DNA from: Eledone cirrhosa
Taxonomy: Eukaryota
NCBI GenBank assembly: GCA_964016885.1
Contig: OZ024744.1
Location: 37,200,001-37,264,000 of the forward strand
Direction: 5' to 3'
Length of the DNA: 64,000 bases
Shown: piece by piece, positions 55,174 through 64,000 of the stretch
Layout: each line of letters begins with the position of its first letter
Numbering within the stretch: the first letter of the stretch is position 1
Program-made: the position numbers and the translations under genes
Notes under the pieces: generated by a model
What the model was told of the DNA's origin: nothing
The model's database searches: none
Seen by the model: the letters and a program-made list of their open reading frames with translations, nothing else

Positions 55174-55789
55174 TATATATGTGTATATTTATATGATTAT
55201 ACACACATATATACAATATATATATAACTATAGGTATAGATATATAAATACATAAATATATATATAAATACGTATGTGTGGGGGAGGGGGGAGGGAGCGT
55301 CTGCGTGCGAGTGTATGTATTTGTATACCTATCATTCAACCCATCTCTCTCTCTTTCACCCTCAATTTTTCTCATTGTATATATATATATATACACACAC
55401 ACACACATATATATATATACAGAGAATGAGAGTGAGAATAAGACTTAATTATTAAAAATATGTCGATATAGATACAGATATTAATGGAGTATTATATATA
55501 GATGCAGGCTATGAACCAGAACATTTTCCATCCTAGGTCATTATCCTAGTTCTCAATAAGAGACGGAGTAATTTGCCTCAGATCTCGCTCTATTTTTTAT
55601 GTCATTAAATTCTTTGAGGGATTTGTAAGGGCAAGAACAATGGTTTCCTTGTAGTGAACTGATATCCTATATTTCAACCAGTGTAGCTTTAGTTCTAGCA
55701 GAACATTTTTTTCACATCATTTCGACCCCATTTTGAAGAATAGTTAAATATCTTTGCCCGTGCCACAAATAAACTCACAAATATATCTA

Positions 55790-55870
<81 letters not shown>

Positions 55871-58800
55871 CTATTTCTACCAGACGTGTGTAACTTCGCG
55901 GAGAAGTTTCCGTTAATTTATGTAAGAAAAAGCGTGAGTTTTCAGTTAAATTTTATATTATTGTGTAACTTGACCCCCCGTCTGGACCTTCAGGTGGTAG
56001 GTCAACTCATTTTCGCCCCTACAGGGGCGAAATATTCGTTTGAAAAATTTTTTCTCCATCGAATTTTGGAAAAAATATCGTAAGAAGTTTGATTACGTTA
56101 TGAACGCTGCGTTCGACGATAATGGTGATGGAGAGTCGGTAAGACTACATAGCTCGCAGTCAACATCGTCTTCTTCCCTAGATACTATGGAGATGGAAAG
56201 ACGAAATGAAATTGTAAAAACAAATTCATATCCAAACAACACAAATGACACCAAACAGTACAATGACAACAAAAATAACAACAACACCAATAATTGTTTC
56301 TACTTTAGGCACAAGGCCAGCAAATACACAGTACATTACTGGTACTTTATTTTATCGACCCCGTAAGGATGAAAGGCAAAGTTAACCTCGGCGGGATTTG
56401 AACTCAGATCGTAAAGGGACGTAACTATACTGGAAAGCATGGTGTCCGACCCTCTACCGATACTGCCAATACACCGCCCTGACAACACCAATAATGATGA
56501 TAAAAACAACAATGACAACAACAACAAAGAAAAAATAAAGACAACACCAATAATACCAGCATCAAAGACAACAACACCAACACCAAGGAAAATACGAATA
56601 ATATCAACATCAGTGAATAAAAACAAGAATAACAACACCAATAATGACAACACCACCAACACGGATAATTCCACAAAGAAACCAAAATCTCCTTTCCACA
56701 GACAGTTCAGAAAAAGGAGGAACTGACATATCTTGACATAACTAATGCCGAACAACTTTTAAAGGACGCTAGGAGATATGTCACTTTCGAAAAGAATGGT
56801 GCTTTCAGCATCAATTCTCCGGTAGAAATTCGCAAGGAAACTGCTCTCAAAACGATAGTTTTTAGGACAGTTTCCAATTCTACCCGAAAACCAGTCCAAT
56901 TGTCACAGAAAGAATTGAACTGGTTTTCAAAAATTCAAATAAAGGATATTACATTCATTCAAAGAAGCAAACTTTTTGGGAGTATTTCGGTATTCATGAA
57001 GGATCAATTGACGGCCGAACATTACTCTGTGTCGCCAATTGTATCCAACCTGTATAACTCTTTCCCTACATACATGGGAAAAAGGACACAAAAGATTAAA
57101 ATCACGAGTGTCACACCAAAGATGAACATATGGAGGATACTGTGCGGCTTCATCAATTTTGATGAAGACAGAATACTGTCATTCGGAAAGTCCCCCAGAG
57201 ATGTATTCAATGGGACTAGCGTTGAAGTTCTGGTGAAAATGAGCCCAGAGCGAATAGCTATGATTCCACAACGTGTACTCCTGGACGGACTCACCTACAT
57301 ACACTTTTGGGTTGAGGGTAAGCGGCCTTCATGTTACCACTTCTTTAGCAGGGGTCACCTGAGGCCTTCCTGTCCTAAATTAATGAGTAAAATAAGGCTC
57401 TTCTGCCGACACCCATCAAAACAACACAACCACCAACACCACCACCACAACAACAACACCAACACACAAAAATAACCACAACAAACAGAGTCCTACCCAA
57501 CCCCACTCCACTTAAAACCACTGCAAAATCACATACAGACACGACAGCTCCCCAAGACATACACCTCCCCAATCACACAGACGATACAACAGATGAGGCT
57601 ATCTCGCCATCACCCGGTGAAGACGAGGGAGAACCCCATCGCTCGAAAAGAAAGAAAAGACATCACAAAAGCAAAAAAAACAGCAAACACTACCAGAAAC
57701 ATACAACCACCAACACAAACAACAAAAACATCACAAACAAAACCCCCACCTCCTGAAAACAAAATACCTACAACAAAACGAAAGCACACACAAGAACTAC
57801 AGACAAAAACAAACACAACACAAGAAAATTACACTTACACTTACATAAACACTGAAAACAAAACACTAATGGAGACCATCACGAACAACCCTTCGGTTTT
57901 CACCGAAGGGAAAACTTTCGCCCACTCTATTAAAAATAACAAAAACTGAACCTAAAACTGATTAGGGTCCCTATACAAACTTATAGGTCCCTAAAAGAAA
58001 CATTTGAAAAGGATGTGGGGAATTCCTGCGTGAAACCACTTAACCGCGTCCTTCTCAAATGTCTCCCCACCCCAGACATCCCCATCCCACCAGACCCCAC
58101 CCGATCAAACATCTCCGTCCCCACCCCGCCGGAAATCACCACCCACCCAGACAACCCCTCCAACATCCCCATGGAAATTGTGCGGCCTGGTCCCCAGGAG
58201 ACGAAGGGTGAGTGATTTCTTTTCCTTTTTTAACTTTTCAGCACAAACATGGCCAATATAAGAGTTGGATGTGTGAACGTACGCGGCCTGGGGATGCCCT
58301 GGAAACAGGGCAAACTCTTAAACGACCTCAGGTCGCACAGTATGGATGTAGTAGCCATTTGCGAATCCAGGATCCACAGCGAGCGACAGCTAGGCCGGGG
58401 GTGGGGGCGGGGTTGCCGTTTTGCTGCGAAAACACCTGAGCCTCGTAAAACAGACAGTACATCTGGACCCGGAGGGTCGACTGGTGGTCCTAGACTTGAC
58501 GGTAGTGAAGGTGGAGCCTTCAGGCTGGTGGCTGCATATGCCCCATCCGGGACACCGCGGCCAGACTTCTTCAAACGTCTAGAGACTTTTCTGGGAACGT
58601 CCCGCTACTTGATTTTAGTGGCGGACTGGAATGGAATCCTAGATGTACGTTGGGACTATGTGGGAGCATGTCCCGATAAAGGAGGGTGTAACAGCCTCAA
58701 ACAGTTAATCGATCGATTTGACCTGGCCGATAGATATCGACTAGATTTTCCGACTGTGCCACTGTGGACGTGGAGTAATCGTAGCGGATCATCTAGATCG

Positions 58801-61349
58801 TACCTAGAATGTGTTCTAGTTAGAAATAAGGATAGGGACATGTTAAGTTGTCCACAAATGTGTGCGGCCTTTTAGCGGCACTTTTCTCAACTGTTCGGGC
58901 GGGGCAGCGCGCCGGGAGGGGCTATGTATTTCGGTCCATACCTCGACGGCCTACCGCGTCTCTCGGACAGCGAGGCCGAGATCTGCGAAAAGCCGATTTC
59001 AGCCGCTGAGATAGGGGACGCGCTGAGCCAATGCGGCAAACGCAAATCTCCAGGTCTCGACGCTCTACTCTACGAATTTTAGGTAGCAATGCCGGACTTA
59101 TTCTCCGGTCCCTTGGAAGCGGTCTACTGCAACTGGCAACAGAACGGGAGAATTCCCAGTTCTGTGACCGGGGGCGTAGTCACACTAGTCAGGAAGGACG
59201 AGAATAAGGGGGATGTCATAGGCAACTTCCGGCCCATAACTCTGCTAAACACAGAGTTACAGATTTTGGCCAAGGTGTTGGCAAAGAGGCTGGCGCTTGT
59301 CGTCGGGAACCTGGTGGGAGAAGCACAGACATGCACAATCCTGACCAAGTCCATACACGACAACCTCCACCTCATGCGATACATCATAGAGAGGGTAGGA
59401 TGTAAACCCGGCTTCGGTGGGGCCCTGATCAACTTGGATCATCTAAGGCTTTCGATAGGGTTGACCATCGGTACCTGGATGCGGTGCTCTAGGCGGCAGG
59501 CTTCGGACCCCTGTTCAGGGGCTGGATTGCTGCAATGCACAACAGCAACATCTGCTCAAGGGTCAAGGTGAACGGCTACCTCTCGGAGCCGTTCCATATG
59601 ACGGGATCCATTCGACAGGGATGCCCTCTCTCCTCCCCTCTGTACGTACTGACTCTCGAGCCACTACTGCAGAAGTTGGAGCTATTGCAGGGCATCCCTC
59701 TGGAACCGGTACTGCGGAAAGCGGCGTCGGCCTGCGCTGACGATGTGACAGTAATGGTGTCGAGCGCCTCGCAAATCGAGGAAGTCGGCACCTTACTGAA
59801 GGAATACGAAAGTTTCACAGGAGCGAAGCTAAACCGGGACAAGTCCATCGGTTTGCAACTCGGATCGTGGAGAGGCAAACCGATACCTTCCGATGGCGTC
59901 GTCGGACGCTGGACGGAAGGACCGGTAAAGCTGCTTGGGGTCTGGTTTGGTCCGGACCTCCAGGCGGAGAAGAACTGGAACGAAGTGACGGCCAAGGTGT
60001 TTTCACTCACCCAGAAGTGGGCCGAATGCCAACTATCCTTGAAAGGTCGAGCGGAGGTGGCGAACACCTTTATAGCGTCCGCCATCTACTACCGCTTGAC
60101 CGTCGTGCCTTGTCCAGCCAAAACGCTCACCAAAATGGAGCACACACTCTTCCACTTCCTTTGGAAGAGGCGGGCTCCTTTGGTGAGAAAATCCATCTGC
60201 TGCCCTTCTAACGGAGGGCTGGGGATGCCGTGGCTGACGATGCCCAAACACGCGCTCAGGCTGCGGCATCTCTACGTATTCCTCACCGGACAACCGGTGT
60301 GGGCCCCGTTCGTGAGGCGAGCCTTTCCACGACTCGTCTCGCTGACCAAGCTGCAGTCCTGGGTCAAGCAAAGACCGAGGAAAATGGGCGACTGGCACAT
60401 CGAATGTGCTCAGGCGCTCACAGCCCTCTGGCAGGCGGACCCGGCGATCAGTGGAGACTCCACTTCGTCATTCTCTAGAGGGTTGATCCACAGCCAGTGC
60501 GACGACGCCCTCGGTGAAACACTAGGCGTAGAGGAAGACGAACTGTCAGGTCTGTTCGGTAGGACCTTCCGCCCGGGACCGATGGACAACTTCCAAAAGT
60601 CCCTGGCCTGGCAGTGCTACCGAGGAGCTGTACCAGTTCGAGACAAGCTCTACAGACATGGGCGCCCGAGGAGGGACCCTGCAAAAAAGATCTGTCCGAG
60701 GTGCGTGCGAGACGAAGCAACCGTCGCGCACACATTCATACAGTGCCCGGGCGTCACTGACCTGTGGGGCTATGTAGAACGACTATTGTCGCGGGTGGAA
60801 CCAATCCGGTTGACCACCGAGTCCATTGTCATGATCAAACCGCCACCCTCCTTCAAAAACGAAGGAGAGGCGGTTTTCCTTTGTATGATAGCTATGGCGA
60901 AAGAGGCTGTATGGTGGACAAGGTTGAAAGGGCTGAGGTCAGACACCTTTCTCTCCGGCCAACAACTGATTCTTTTTTTCAAATACCACTTTGGAAGAAG
61001 AATCAGGATGGAGACAGAGGTGCTGTACCCCAGCAAGTTTTATGAAAGGTGGGTGAAAGTGGCGTGAATGGCCCGAGTGAATGAGCCTTCTCTTTATATC
61101 AGCCTGTAGGTTGAGGAAAAGTAGGAGGAGAGGAAAGGAATACAAACTCTTCGTACTTCTGGTGATGAGGGTTGCACATTTTTCCGGGGGTATGTGTTAC
61201 CCATATGAACTGTCTCCCCCTATTGGGGAAAAATCGACTAATTTTTTAAATTGCATTTGTGATAATATTTTACACACTTTTATTGTATGTAAACTTCCCC
61301 CTTTGTATTTGTCCCCTTCTTTTGTGCCCCTGTGGCTAATAAAGAAACA
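55871..61349 (+). mobile_element. Tx1-type LINE related to 29341-35063, in (CTAT)n, with an internal deletion and a SINE insertion
   Basis: Long (CTAT)n at about 55790-55870 and 61350-61415. Homologous ORF1 and ORF2 pieces. About 0.5 kb of ORF2 is deleted at about 58860 (LSCPQM joined to CAAF). Confidence 0.92.
56295..56481 (-). mobile_element. tRNA-derived Meta-like SINE inserted in Tx1 ORF1
   Basis: 14-bp TSD acaacaccaataat at 56281-56294 and 56482-56495. Very similar to the copy at 54380-54560. Confidence 0.88.
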
Positions 61350-61412
<63 letters not shown>

Positions 61413-61816
61413 ATCTATATCTATATATATATATATGTATATATATCTATATCCAAAATTAAGATAAATTAAATGAATTTAATCCAAATCGAAATTGTGG
61501 GTGTCATGCCATAACGGCATTCTAGTTATTATATATGTATATATATATATATTTAAATATATATATATACATATATATAATATATTTAGAAACACACAGA
61601 TCCATGCAGACACACACATATACATGAATGCATCCACACCCAACCGTGAGTTAATGGTGCCAACCTCACCGATGTTGCTCAATGAATGACCGGGACAGAC
61701 CAATCTGGTTGAATTAGACTGAACCAGTATCAGAGTTAAAAATATATTATGAAGAGAGAAGAAACATTTAGATATAATTAGTAATAAAATGTATCATACC
61801 TAAACTGCTCCTAAAT

Positions 61817-61906
61817 TCCTCGACTACGTAGTTTCGTGGCATAAACAAAAACAATATATCATAAAGATATAGAGTCCTTGCGAGGTCTGCCGACTTATCA
61901 AGAGGA
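61817..61906 (-). ncRNA. Type I hammerhead ribozyme, U3-A8 variant
   Basis: Core and stems I and III are identical to 737-824. Changes occur only at the stem II bulge and apical loop. Confidence 0.85.
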
Positions 61907-62358
61907 TACCTCATTTTACTAGCTTCAAGAACGCGTCTACACGACGTGAGAAAGAATCCCAAAAGGCGGAGGGGGAGATAGTCACGCGATATAACGGTCG
62001 AGAAACAGAGCTAAGCCTCTTATAACCCCGAAGAAAATACCACGGAGGCGGAGGGGGTATTTATAAGAGGCTTAGCTCTGTTTATAATATATTGTTCATA
62101 ACTCCCTCTGGTTGAGTAATCTTTGAAGTGTGGTGACTGCTGGAAAGCTGCCATTACTCATACTTCTCGCCCCCTTCACCACCTCTTCTACGGCTTCGAT
62201 ATAAATACCCCCTCCGCCTCCGTGGTATTTTCTTCGGGGTTATAAGAGGCTTAGTTCTGTTTCTCGACCGTTATATCGCGTGACTATCTCCCCCTCCGCC
62301 TTTTGGGATTCTTTCTCACGTCGTGTAGACGCGTTCTTGAAGCTAGTAAAATGAGGTA

Positions 62359-62448
62359 TCCTCTTGATAAGTCGGCAGACTTCGCAAGGACTCTATATCT
62401 TTATGATGTATTGTTTTTGTTTATGCCACGAAACTACGTAGTCGAGGA
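62359..62448 (+). ncRNA. Type I hammerhead ribozyme, U3-A8 variant
   Basis: tcctc TTGATAA gtcggca...tgccac GAAA ctacgtag TC gagga. Confidence 0.85.
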
Positions 62449-62517
62449 ATCTAGGAGCAGTTTAGGTATGATACATTTTATTACTAATTATATCTAAATA
62501 TTTCTTCTCTCTTCATA

Positions 62518-62628
<111 letters not shown>

Positions 62629-62768
62629 AAAAGTGTAATTTTCTACACAATACGAAGGTTATAGGGAAAATTGAGGTTGGTAATGGCACATGGAATATAT
62701 AAGAGACAGAATACTTTTTTGTGAAAAAACATAATTTTATAAGGTAAGGAAATAATAAAGGGTATAAA

Positions 62769-62814
62769 AAATGAGCGGTTTCGATGGGTCTGCAAAAGCC
62801 ATCTTTTCAAATGT
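62769..62814 (-). ncRNA. Partly degenerate U3-A8 hammerhead of another family
   Basis: acat TTGAAAA gatgg-cttttgcagac-ccatc GAAA ccgc TC at. Stem II is perfect; stems I and III are eroded. Confidence 0.55.
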
Positions 62815-63161
62815 TGATTAATATTAAGAAAAATTAATAATACGAAGAGTTAAAATTTGAGCTTTGAAAATTCAAGTATAAAATTCATTGTGGGATTTCA
62901 TAGCAGTTTTCATCTAGGTAGCAACAACAGGCTGACTGCTGTGTCCCTTTCTGGTAGTGAATGAGAAGTTATTTGGGGTGTGGGTTATTTTATAAAGGTC
63001 AGATTTAGCAATCACCAACTGGCCAGCTGCTGGTCAGTGAGGGGGTGGAAGCAATATACGTACACATATCTTCCTGTGGTGGGTAGGAGAGTGGAGCGTG
63101 ATAGAAAGGGATTTAGTGCACTTACACCTATATATACACACATACCTTCATCCACACATAC

Positions 63162-63256
<95 letters not shown>

Positions 63257-63321
63257 CACACATACATACACACACACATACATATACATACACACATACA
63301 CACACACACATATATACACAT

Positions 63322-63380
<59 letters not shown>

Positions 63381-63459
63381 CACACACACACACACATATA
63401 TATACATACACATACATCCAGATACACACATACATACACACACACACATATATATATAT

Positions 63460-63517
<58 letters not shown>

Positions 63518-63620
63518 CCCCACACATACATACACACACACACACATATATATATACATACACACATACAAACATACACACACAATATAAATGTATATAT
63601 ATAAATACAGATATAGATAG

Positions 63621-63659
<39 letters not shown>

Positions 63660-63824
63660 TACATACATACATATATATATATATATACACACACACATAC
63701 ATTTAAACACACACATATATGTGTATACATACATATATATATATACATACACACACACTTTCGTACATATATGTGTAGCCAAATGAAAATATATATATAT
63801 ATATAATGAGAGAAAAAGCTATAT

Positions 63825-64000
63825 ATAGTATACGAAACAGTGTATTTTATAGAAGAATATGTACACAGGTGGAATCATAAGTGAAACCTTATAGTGCTAT
63901 TTCACATTCGGGAGAGTGTAGCGCAAAATCAATCTCTAGTTTGACTGATGATTCCACGAGAGTACATATCCTTGTATAGAATATGTATTTGGTATATATA
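63825..64000. repeat. Imperfect foldback (MITE-like) between TA tracts
   Basis: atatgtac..gtggaatcataagtgaaac pairs with gtttgactgatgattccac..gtacatat. Confidence 0.6.

Noticed and set aside
63940-64000. CTGATGA near the window end as a hammerhead core
   Set aside because: It lies in one arm of an imperfect inverted repeat, with no correctly placed GAAA or stems inside the window.

Overview
Eukaryotic, AT-rich, microsatellite-saturated intergenic DNA. No host gene could be supported. The SINE/LINE repertoire resembles an octopus/cephalopod genome (inference only). Nearly all sequence is mobile DNA: three near-full-length Tx1-type APE-RT LINEs sitting in (CTAT)n or (TAA)n tracts, four R4/Dong-type RLE LINE remnants in (TACA)n or (TAA)n tracts, RTE remnants and bipartite RTE deletion derivatives, a Helitron PIF1 remnant with its CTAG 3' end, mariner-type fossils, a hAT MITE with an 8-bp TSD, tRNA-derived SINEs and Penelope-like remnants. 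The main result is an RNA-level system that the ORF track does not show. The near-identical ~591-bp tandem/inverted array at 1-2833, with a second locus at 61.6-62.5 kb, carries in every unit a complete type I hammerhead ribozyme with a non-canonical but compensated core (UUGAUAA, U3-A8 instead of C3-G8), an extended stem II, a 10-nt palindromic stem III and a GUC cleavage site. This is the layout of a retrozyme-like or Penelope-pLTR-like element predicted to yield ~591-nt self-cleaved monomers. Several unrelated hammerhead families, canonical and U3-A8, occur elsewhere in the window. All structures were derived by eye and none was computed or tested.
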